Origin: a bacterium
GTDB lineage: Bacteria; Bacillota_I; Bacilli_A; RFN20; CAG-288
Direction: 5' to 3'
DNA: 64,000 nt
NCBI GenBank assembly: GCA_963621825.1
Contig: CAVFFP010000005.1
Coordinates: 7,417-71,416 of the forward strand
Positions 47,062-54,918 of this stretch are shown here, one piece after another; position 1 is the first letter of the stretch, and each line of letters starts with the position of its first letter. The notes beneath the pieces were generated by a model, which saw only the letters and a program-made list of their open reading frames with translations, was not told where the DNA came from and made no database searches. Position numbers and translations under genes: made by a program.

Positions 47062-48474
47062 ATGGATATTAATGAAAAAATAGATAAAAAAGAAGCACAG
47101 AAGATTTTGAAAGAAAACCATAATAAGCTTGTAAAAGATGATATGGATTCTTTTGTTTCTTTATCTCATATCAATAAGGTTTATCCCAATGGCGTTCAGG
47201 CAGTGTATAACTTCAATTTAGATGTCAACCCGCATGAATTCATTGCTCTTGTCGGCCCTTCTGGATGTGGTAAAAGTACAACACTGAGAATGATTGCTGG
47301 ATTGGAAGAGATTACTTCAGGAGAGCTTTTTATCAACCATATTTACTCTAATTATCTTCCAAGTAAAGATAGGGATATCGCAATGGTATTCCAATCCTAT
47401 GCTTTATATCCACAAATGACCGTTTACGATAACATCGCGTTTGGATTGAAATTACGTCACGTAAAGAAAGAAGAGATTGAAAAACAAGTTTATCAGGCGG
47501 CAGATATCTTAGACTTAGGGCCGTACCTTGATAGAAAACCAAAGGAACTCTCGGGTGGTCAGATGCAACGTGTCGCTTTAGGAAGAGCAATCGTCAGAAA
47601 TGCAAAGCTCTTCTTAATGGATGAGCCTCTCTCTAATCTCGATGCAAAGCTTAGGGTTCAGATGAGAAGTGAGATTGTCCGTATTCATGAACAAATCGGC
47701 GCGACTACGATTTATGTTACACATGATCAGACAGAAGCGATGACAATGGCGACGAGAATCGTTGTAATGAATAAGGGATTCATACAGCAAATCGGAACCC
47801 CGATTGAAATCTATCATCAGCCTAAGAATCTCTTTGTTGCTACTTTTATCGGTACGCCTATGATGAATATTTTAGACGTGGAATACAATGATGGAATTCT
47901 ATTTTTCAAAGATGGCAGCAAATTGAAACTGAAAGAAGATGAAGTAAGAAGATACCAAATTTATCTGACCCGTAAGATTCAAAGACTGAGAGAACTGAGA
48001 GATAAGGCAAGTGACATGAAACTAGAAGACTTGATGAATGAATATCTTCCTTTCGTGGCATATAAAAACACATTCGCTAAGAAGAACGAAAAACAAAAGT
48101 GGTATCAGAAAATAACCTGTATATTCAAAAAGAACACAAAAGATAACAGCGACGATTGTAGAGCAACCATACTTGGCAAAATCGACGAATTAATTACAGA
48201 GTATGAAGGTAAAATGAATACACCACACAAAATCAATTTTGGTATTCGTCCTGAAAATGTTCATGTTATCGATAACGGAATTAAGGTTAAAACAAATATT
48301 GTTGAAATCCTTGGCAATGAATTCATAGCCTATAGCGAAGGAGAGTTAGGAAAACTTACAATCAAATCGAGTGAGAATATCCTGTCTCATCATGATATCC
48401 AAATCGAGTTTGAAGATGGGAAATATTATTTATTTGACGAAATCAGTGAAGAAAATGTTCTTTTGTCAGAATAG
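47062..48474 (+). CDS. MsmK/MalK/UgpC-type sugar ABC ATPase with an N-terminal extension and a large insertion in the C-terminal regulatory domain
   Basis: 470 aa. Walker A is GPSGCGKST, the signature is LSGGQMQRVALGRA, and Walker B is LFLMDEPLSNLD. Typical members are about 370 aa. Confidence 0.85.
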   Translation: MDINEKIDKKEAQKILKENHNKLVKDDMDSFVSLSHINKVYPNGVQAVYNFNLDVNPHEFIALVGPSGCGKSTTLRMIAGLEEITSGELFINHIYSNYLPSKDRDIAMVFQSYALYPQMTVYDNIAFGLKLRHVKKEEIEKQVYQAADILDLGPYLDRKPKELSGGQMQRVALGRAIVRNAKLFLMDEPLSNLDAKLRVQMRSEIVRIHEQIGATTIYVTHDQTEAMTMATRIVVMNKGFIQQIGTPIEIYHQPKNLFVATFIGTPMMNILDVEYNDGILFFKDGSKLKLKEDEVRRYQIYLTRKIQRLRELRDKASDMKLEDLMNEYLPFVAYKNTFAKKNEKQKWYQKITCIFKKNTKDNSDDCRATILGKIDELITEYEGKMNTPHKINFGIRPENVHVIDNGIKVKTNIVEILGNEFIAYSEGELGKLTIKSSENILSHHDIQIEFEDGKYYLFDEISEENVLLSE

Positions 48475-48487
48475 AAAGGAGCTTATT

Positions 48488-50335
48488 ATGAAAAAGAAAA
48501 TTGCATTGTTCACTTTGACTGCCGTTTCTCTTATGTTACCTTTGGCTGCCTGCTCTTCTAATACGGAAAGCGGAAAGGAAACAGATACTTCCAGTGCATC
48601 AACAACTAGCCCATATAAGATTGTTTTGACTGCGATTGGTCAGACAACAATCAAAGTATCTAAATCGCTTCAGCTGCGCTCATCTGTTACTGGAACGACC
48701 CAAAAGGATGTCACGTGGACATCATCGGATGAATCAAAAGCAACCGTTTCTTCTACTGGTGTTGTCAAGGCTCTAAAAGAAGGTGAAGTTACAATTACTG
48801 CAACATTGAAGATTGATAGTTCTTGTACTGCTAGCATTAAAATCACGATTGAACCTTCTTTAGCTCCGACAAGTATTCAGATCACTGGTACGAATGCTGA
48901 CAATGAGATTCAATGGGTTGGTGAAGAACTGCAGTTAGGAATTACTGCTGATCCTAAAGAGTCTTCAAGTTTGGTGACTTGGTCAAGCGATAACGAAGAG
49001 GTTGCAACTGTAGATGAAAACGGTAAGGTCGTTTTCATTAAAGAGGGGACCGTAAAAATCACTGCGACAAGTCAGGAGGATTCTTCTGTCACAGCCTCTT
49101 ATCAGTATCGTGTGAAATATGGTTATTTCCGCTCTGATTTAGGATCTCCTTATTGGGATTTGTCTAATCAAGCCGATGATACATCGCCGAAAATCACAAT
49201 TGACGAAGATACTCCGACTGGTTATCATTCCGCATATTTTGCCCATGTCCTTTCTACTGAATACTATGTTGAGTTCAATTTCAAAATCAATAAGCAGTTA
49301 TCTGCATGGACATGGCAAGGTGTAGGATTAGGAAGTGGTCTATCTGAAACAGACACGAGATACTATCTTTTCTCGCCTCGTGTTGATGGCCAGGGCAATG
49401 ATCATAATAAAACTATTGTAAAAGATCTTCCGAATGAATCATGGCCTGCGATTACTACAAGAAGCCAGGTCTGGGGTGAAAACGGCTTGGATTACATCGA
49501 TTGGGAGCATGACATTGTCAAACTTGGAATGATCAGAAAAGGCAATGAGCATTATTGGTTATTGAATGATCATGTGATGTGGTATGACTACTCTACGAAA
49601 TACGAGGACGTCAAAACGATGCCTATTCTTTGTGGCGTTGATGTTGCCTGTACAATCACAGATTATAAAGTTGTTACAGATACTGCGGAAATTGAATCGA
49701 TGCTAAGTCAAAGTGAATACAAAAAGTCATTCTTCTCCTGCAATCAGGATATTGTGGATTACAAAGACGATTCATCATTCTCATTCATTTCGAATAATGT
49801 TCTTTGCAAGGACAATAAAGTGAGGAGCATTGGCGATAAAGCCAGGCTAGTCGGTGATTTCGATGTTGAATTTGATATCTCTGATATGCTTTATAACAAA
49901 GCACATACTAAGGGATTCACCGGCGCATGTCTTTCTCTTTCCAGATATGATCAGCCGGACACATGCGAATCCTTCTTAGTTGGACGCAGTGCTGTCCAAA
50001 CGGATAATCAAAACAGTGTCGCCCGCTTCGTCTCTTGGAATTATCAATTGTCAATGGATGAGGACAATGCACCATACAGCTATCTTGAATCTAGCGCTGC
50101 GGTTCTTGAAGATGAAAGTAAAACACATCATGTCAAGGTTACAAGAACAATCGAAAATAATATCTCCTATTTCCATATGTATGTAGATGGAAATGAAGTG
50201 GAGTTTGATGTGAAGTCGAGCAAAAACGTCACGAGCACTTCCCGTTATACAGGAGCATATCTCATGTGGGTAGGTGGCGAATACACTTCGCTTTCCATTT
50301 CCGATTTCACGTTTAGTTCAGGCCTTAATTCTTAA
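48488..50335 (+). CDS. Surface lipoprotein with two Big_2 (Ig-like) domains and two beta-sandwich-like C-terminal domains
   Basis: The ATG at 48488 follows the RBS AAGGAG. The lipobox is PLAACSS. Big_2 signatures are VTWTSSDESKATVSSTGVVKALKEGEVTITAT and VTWSSDNEEVATVDENGKVVFIKEGTVKITAT. Confidence 0.7.
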   Translation: MKKKIALFTLTAVSLMLPLAACSSNTESGKETDTSSASTTSPYKIVLTAIGQTTIKVSKSLQLRSSVTGTTQKDVTWTSSDESKATVSSTGVVKALKEGEVTITATLKIDSSCTASIKITIEPSLAPTSIQITGTNADNEIQWVGEELQLGITADPKESSSLVTWSSDNEEVATVDENGKVVFIKEGTVKITATSQEDSSVTASYQYRVKYGYFRSDLGSPYWDLSNQADDTSPKITIDEDTPTGYHSAYFAHVLSTEYYVEFNFKINKQLSAWTWQGVGLGSGLSETDTRYYLFSPRVDGQGNDHNKTIVKDLPNESWPAITTRSQVWGENGLDYIDWEHDIVKLGMIRKGNEHYWLLNDHVMWYDYSTKYEDVKTMPILCGVDVACTITDYKVVTDTAEIESMLSQSEYKKSFFSCNQDIVDYKDDSSFSFISNNVLCKDNKVRSIGDKARLVGDFDVEFDISDMLYNKAHTKGFTGACLSLSRYDQPDTCESFLVGRSAVQTDNQNSVARFVSWNYQLSMDEDNAPYSYLESSAAVLEDESKTHHVKVTRTIENNISYFHMYVDGNEVEFDVKSSKNVTSTSRYTGAYLMWVGGEYTSLSISDFTFSSGLNS

Positions 50336-50364
50336 TTTTAGCGTTATATAAAAGGAGGAAATTT

Positions 50365-51975
50365 ATGAAACGCAAAAACATTATGTTGAGATGTTCTTTA
50401 CTTGCTATTCTCTCCTGCTTATTTGCTGTTGGCTGTTCCGGTGGAAACGAAACCGGTACAGAGAATCCGGATTCCGTCAATTCCGCCGATTCCGCCAAAA
50501 CTTCACAATCTGCTGTATCTGAATCCACTAAGAAGACAGAGGAAGACAAGAAGTCGACGGAAGTTGTTAAAAACATTGCTATTACCAACACGGAAGAAGA
50601 CGTCTTTGTTACAAAGCAGATTCAGATTAATGTCACTACTTCACCAGAGACATACGATATCGTTTATGCAGTTGATAACGAAGAAGCAGGAACAATATCT
50701 GAGACTGGTTTATTCACGGCAGTGAAACCTGGACATGTCAAGGTGACAGCAACGATTGCTAATACTACTATCTCTGCCGATTATGAATTTGATGTCATTG
50801 ATACTATTATTGATGATTCTTTGGCTACGGAAGACTTTGATTATTCAGGAATCTTCAGCAAAGAGAATGTGTCCTTCAAGACAAAAGAAGAGAAGACAAA
50901 CACAGTCAACAACTACACTACAATTAAGAATGTGAAAGGGACCTCCTATGCATTCAGCGCCAAGGTCTCTCTTTCTAACCCGAAAGGCGATGATACATGG
51001 AGCCGTGTTTCTTTAGGCCATGCTGATGATAGCGGAAAATTCCATGGCTTCTTCGTTTCTCCTGGCCCGTCTTTCAATGCTAAGAAGAGCGTTGTCATGG
51101 ATATTCAGAATGGAGAAGTTGCCTGGGGCGAAACCACAAATAGATCACAGATCTGGGGCATGCATGATCTGGCTTCTTTGGATATGACAGACATGACTTT
51201 GGAAACTATCCGTGATGGAGACAAATATTATTATTTCATCAATGGTGAACTCTATTGGTATGAAGATCTTTATCTTGCTGGCGGTGATACGATGCCTGCC
51301 TTCTCTGTAGGACAGACGGAAGCTTCATTCTCTGAGATTAAGATTGAGACGGATACCGATAAAATCAAAGAGAAGATAGCCAATGATGGAAATGAAATGT
51401 TGTATCCTTCTTATAAGAGCCGTGTTGAGATCACAAACAATTCTAAGACAATTCATTTCAATGCTATTTATCAGTCTGGTGACGAAAATCCGAAAGATTT
51501 GGCAGCCAAATCTATTGGCGATAAGTTTGTAATGCCGGCAAATAAAGATTCCTCTGTCACGTTTAATATGACAATCAATTCTTATGGTGCTACGAATCCT
51601 ATGCCTGCATTGGCATTCACGATCAATAGACACGAAGGATCTATTGCTGAGTCTCGTTCTTATGTTATCACTGAAACTAAAACTGGATTCACTGGATGGA
51701 ATGGTGATGGCAATTTAAACGAAGGAATTGGAAGTGGCGGAAAAGAATATGCTGATGAAGCTACTCTTGAAATTGGTGTGACATATAAGGTAACTTGTAC
51801 TAGAGTTATGACAGATAATGGTCAAGACACCAAAGTAAAGATTGAAAAAGAAGATGGAACCGTCTTATTAGAAGACCAGCATGGCTGGCAAGATGGGTAT
51901 AGTGGAAACGCTATTTGTTCCTTCCTTTGCAGAGATTTAGACGTTACTCTTACCGATATTGAGCTGAATGCATAA
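50365..51975 (+). CDS. Surface lipoprotein with one Big_2 domain and C-terminal domains paralogous to those of 48488..50335
   Basis: 536 aa with lipobox LFAVGCSG. The shared segment is RSQIWGMHDL...IRDGDKYYYFINGELYWYED versus RSQVWGENGL...IRKGNEHYWLLNDHVMWYD. Confidence 0.7.
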   Translation: MKRKNIMLRCSLLAILSCLFAVGCSGGNETGTENPDSVNSADSAKTSQSAVSESTKKTEEDKKSTEVVKNIAITNTEEDVFVTKQIQINVTTSPETYDIVYAVDNEEAGTISETGLFTAVKPGHVKVTATIANTTISADYEFDVIDTIIDDSLATEDFDYSGIFSKENVSFKTKEEKTNTVNNYTTIKNVKGTSYAFSAKVSLSNPKGDDTWSRVSLGHADDSGKFHGFFVSPGPSFNAKKSVVMDIQNGEVAWGETTNRSQIWGMHDLASLDMTDMTLETIRDGDKYYYFINGELYWYEDLYLAGGDTMPAFSVGQTEASFSEIKIETDTDKIKEKIANDGNEMLYPSYKSRVEITNNSKTIHFNAIYQSGDENPKDLAAKSIGDKFVMPANKDSSVTFNMTINSYGATNPMPALAFTINRHEGSIAESRSYVITETKTGFTGWNGDGNLNEGIGSGGKEYADEATLEIGVTYKVTCTRVMTDNGQDTKVKIEKEDGTVLLEDQHGWQDGYSGNAICSFLCRDLDVTLTDIELNA

Positions 51976-51997
51976 TTCTTAATTCGACTGTCTATTT

Positions 51998-52036
51998 GGG
52001 CTGTTAGATGAAATGAAACATTTGATTTAGCAGCCC
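51998..52036 (+). terminator. Imperfect hairpin after the second Big_2 lipoprotein gene
   Basis: GGGCTG (51998-52003) pairs with CAGCCC (52031-52036), with partly paired inner arms, followed by TTTATAAAAAAA. The T-run is weak. Confidence 0.35.
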
Positions 52037-52063
52037 TTTATAAAAAAAGAAATGAGGACCACA

Positions 52064-52924
52064 ATGAAACTATGTGAAATCAATATTCGAGATCCTTTTA
52101 TATTGAGGGATGTTGCCACAAACAAGTACTATTTATATGGAACGACGCCGGTTTATGATGGACTTGGATTTTATTGCTATTCTAGTGACGATTTAGAATC
52201 TTGGAATGGTCCTTATAAAGTATTCTCGCCTGACAAGGATTTTTGGAGTACTAAGGATTACTGGGCTCCAGAAGTACATGTATATCGCGGAAAATATTAT
52301 ATGTTTGCGAGTTTCAAAGAAGATGGACATGCAAGAACTACAATGATCCTATCTTCCACATCTCCATTAGGCCCATTTACAGTACATTCGAATATCCTGA
52401 CTCCAGAAGATTGGGAATGCTTGGATGGTACATTATATGTGGATGAATCAAATCATCCTTATATGATATTCTGCCATGAATGGGTCCAAATCGATGATGG
52501 AACGATATGTGCTGTTTCTTTATCTGATGATTTGAAAGAGGCAATTGGTTATCCTGTTACTTTGTTTAAAGGTTCTGATGCGAAATGGAGTGAACACCCT
52601 GTTTGGTCGAAGAAAGAGGTGCATGTAACAGACGGCCCGTTTGTTTTTGAAAAGAATGGTGTTCGCATTCTTTTGTGGTCAACGTATGGAAAGGATGGAT
52701 ACAGGATAGGTGTTGCATATCCGCAAGAATCATTTGCTGAACCGCACTATATTCAGGATGAAAAGGCGTTTCCTTTCCAAGGAAGTGGTCATGGAATGAT
52801 CTTTACTTCCTTTGATGGAAAGGATTACCTAGTCCTTCATGTCAATAATGACAATGATAAAAAAGAATATCCAATCCTGGTTCCGATTGTTTTTCACGAT
52901 GGCAAGTGCGAATTGATTAAGTAG
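52064..52924 (+). CDS. Intracellular GH43 glycoside hydrolase (arabinofuranosidase/xylosidase type)
   Basis: The ATG at 52064 lies 6 nt after GAGGA. GH43 blocks are IRDPFILRDVATNKYYLYGTT, YWAPEVHVYRGKYYMFAS, LDGTLYVDESNHPYMIF and VTDGPFVF. No signal peptide is present. Confidence 0.8.
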   Translation: MKLCEINIRDPFILRDVATNKYYLYGTTPVYDGLGFYCYSSDDLESWNGPYKVFSPDKDFWSTKDYWAPEVHVYRGKYYMFASFKEDGHARTTMILSSTSPLGPFTVHSNILTPEDWECLDGTLYVDESNHPYMIFCHEWVQIDDGTICAVSLSDDLKEAIGYPVTLFKGSDAKWSEHPVWSKKEVHVTDGPFVFEKNGVRILLWSTYGKDGYRIGVAYPQESFAEPHYIQDEKAFPFQGSGHGMIFTSFDGKDYLVLHVNNDNDKKEYPILVPIVFHDGKCELIK

Positions 52925-52989
52925 AATGGATGTTTGTCTGATATCTTTGTTAAGAATGAATCTGTTGGTTTTTGTGTTACCTTAAAGTA

Positions 52990-53018
52990 TTGACATTATC
53001 TGTTTCAATCTAGATAAT
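52990..53018 (+). promoter_or_regulatory. Candidate sigma-A promoter of the LacI-family gene, with an embedded inverted repeat
   Basis: TTGACA (52990-52995), a 17 nt spacer, then GATAAT (53013-53018). The inverted repeat ATTATCT (52995-53001) / AGATAAT (53012-53018) spans the spacer and the -10. Confidence 0.5.
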
Positions 53019-53045
53019 ATGTTTAAAATTTGATGGGGAATATTG

Positions 53046-54023
53046 ATGATGAAAATGGCAAAGAAAAATGTTTCGTTAAAGGATATCGCGGAAAGTCTTG
53101 GTATTTCTGTAGATGCTGTAAGCAAAGCATTACGAGATTCTGAACAGATCAGCGTTGAAACGAAAAAGATTGTAAAAGCGAAAGCAAAGGAAATGGGGTA
53201 TGTGAAGAATCAGTCTGCTCTTGCGCTGAAAACAGGAAAGACTAACAATATTCTCATTTATATCAACAGTCTTTATAACCAATACTTTGCTATTATGGCA
53301 ACAGAACTAATCAAAGAAATAGGAAAGAACGGATATACATCTACCATATGTTTTACAAATAGTTACCTGTTGAAGGCGGAGGATCTCAATCAATCTGAAG
53401 TGTCTAGCTGCAGTGCGATTATTTCTCTTGTAGAACCTACGGATGAAGCAATAAGTTTTTTGGAAGAGAACAAGATTCTTTTCTATCTTATTGGTATCAA
53501 ACCGAAACAGTCATATCCCAATTATGCGATTACCGATGACTATGATGGCGGATACAAAATAGGAGAATACTTTGCCTGTTCTTCTTTTAAGAAAGCGGCT
53601 TATGTAACAAATTCCCCTTCTGAAACATCATTCAGAAGAAGAAAAGGTTTCATTGACGCTATATCTTCATTATGCAGTAAGGAATATAAATCATTCCCGT
53701 TGGAAGAGGCAGATGAAAACATGGAACATATTGTAGATACGATTCAGGAAGAACAGATTGATTTTGTCTTCTGTTTCTCCGATTATGTTGGCTTTATCAT
53801 ACGTAATCTCTTGCATAAGAAATACCGCAATTATGATGTAATCATTTTTGGATTTGATAACATCGGGAAATATATCAATACTTTCGATCCTTTGAACTCT
53901 ATTGCAACAAATATTGAATTGATCTGTTCTGATGTTGTTCTGCATATCATACAAACAAAAAATGACAGTAAAACTCCAAAACTCGAAAAAATGTATCCGG
54001 TTAAATTGGTCTTAGCTAAATAG
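53046..54023 (+). CDS. LacI-family transcriptional regulator
   Basis: The N-terminal HTH is VSLKDIAESLGISVDAVSKALRD. The C-terminus has a periplasmic-binding-protein-like fold pattern. Three possible in-frame ATG starts lie at 53046, 53049 and 53055. Confidence 0.85.
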   Translation: MMKMAKKNVSLKDIAESLGISVDAVSKALRDSEQISVETKKIVKAKAKEMGYVKNQSALALKTGKTNNILIYINSLYNQYFAIMATELIKEIGKNGYTSTICFTNSYLLKAEDLNQSEVSSCSAIISLVEPTDEAISFLEENKILFYLIGIKPKQSYPNYAITDDYDGGYKIGEYFACSSFKKAAYVTNSPSETSFRRRKGFIDAISSLCSKEYKSFPLEEADENMEHIVDTIQEEQIDFVFCFSDYVGFIIRNLLHKKYRNYDVIIFGFDNIGKYINTFDPLNSIATNIELICSDVVLHIIQTKNDSKTPKLEKMYPVKLVLAK

Positions 54024-54028
54024 AATCA

Positions 54029-54062
54029 AAAACTCTCTGGCTTTTATAGCCAAAGAGAGTTT
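54029..54062. terminator. Bidirectional hairpin between convergent genes
   Basis: AAACTCTCTGGC-TTTTATA-GCCAAAGAGAGTTT, a stem with a 2 nt bulge and T-rich flanks on both strands. Confidence 0.5.
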
Positions 54063-54079
54063 CTAGATAGATTTATAGT

Positions 54080-54352
54080 CTAATGATGGCAGCATCCGCA
54101 AGGTGTGCGGATGAAGTCCAATAAGGAGTCTACATACTCCTTGTTGATGAAATAGGTGTCTCCTTCTTTTCGGATGAGATTACCGTCTTCCATCATCTTT
54201 AAATGGGCATCTAATTCTTCTTTGTCATCAGTGATGATAGAAAGAAGATTCTCGTAGGAAAGACTATCGTTGACATAGAGGAACTTTGCGATTTTGACTC
54301 TGTCTGGATTGGATAAGATTGTAAATCCTTCAGCGGCTTCATTTTTATGCAT
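54080..54352 (-). CDS. Small ArsR-like winged-helix protein with a C-terminal CGCCHH tail
   Basis: The ATG at 54352 follows the RBS AAGGAGAATAATAACC and a TATAAT. The sequence includes FTILSNPDRVKIAKFLY (ArsR-like) and ends ...TPCGCCHH. Confidence 0.55.
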   Translation of the reverse strand: MHKNEAAEGFTILSNPDRVKIAKFLYVNDSLSYENLLSIITDDKEELDAHLKMMEDGNLIRKEGDTYFINKEYVDSLLDFIRTPCGCCHH

Positions 54353-54497
54353 GGTTATTATTCTCCTTACCATCATTATATACGATTTTGATTTCGGATT
54401 CATTGGATACGCTTTGGGAATAATTGATAATTATCGTATACGGATATAGTTTCTAAAGTTGGCTTCTGCAAAATAACGTGGTAAAAACGATGGATAC

Positions 54498-54530
54498 GAA
54501 AATCAAGGAAGCAGTTTTGCTTCCTTGATT
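54498..54530 (-). terminator. Rho-independent terminator of the XRE-TM / lipoprotein / small-TM operon
   Basis: AATCAAGGAAGC (54501-54512) pairs with GCTTCCTTGATT (54519-54530). TTTT follows on the minus strand. Confidence 0.7.
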
Positions 54531-54535
54531 TACTG

Positions 54536-54916
54536 TTATAGATACTTTTTTGCTTCTTCTGATACCTTATTCATCCTAGCTATCATCTCGTTGTTGTGAG
54601 CGGTGATTTCTTCTTTCTGCTTGGCTTTGTAGACAGTGTAGATGACACCGGGCAAGATGAACAAGAAATAGAGGAGAATCGTGACTCCTTCATCCATCGG
54701 CTTGTACTCCTGTAGTGAGTTTTTGTAGGATCTGTACTTCTGTTCCAGTTCCTTTAACTCTTTGTAGTGTTCTCTGTCTTTGTCTCTTGCCATGAGGAAG
54801 ACAAATCTTGAATGTCCGTGATAGGTGCGTTCTGTCATGGCGTCCTTTACGAACCATCCAAACTGCATCATTTGAGTATGCTCTTTTTCGAGCATCTTCT
54901 TTACTTCTAAATCCAT
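54536..54916 (-). CDS. Small membrane protein of unknown function
   Basis: 126 aa with a single TM helix (ILLYFLFILPGVIYTVY) flanked by charged segments. It starts 2 nt after the upstream gene. Confidence 0.5.
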   Translation of the reverse strand: MDLEVKKMLEKEHTQMMQFGWFVKDAMTERTYHGHSRFVFLMARDKDREHYKELKELEQKYRSYKNSLQEYKPMDEGVTILLYFLFILPGVIYTVYKAKQKEEITAHNNEMIARMNKVSEEAKKYL

Positions 54917-54918
54917 GC

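Noticed and set aside
48371-48487. An upstream extension of the Big_2 lipoprotein ORF that overlaps the ATPase gene.
   Set aside because: The RBS AAGGAG, the ATG at 48488 and the following lipoprotein signal peptide fit far better than the extension.
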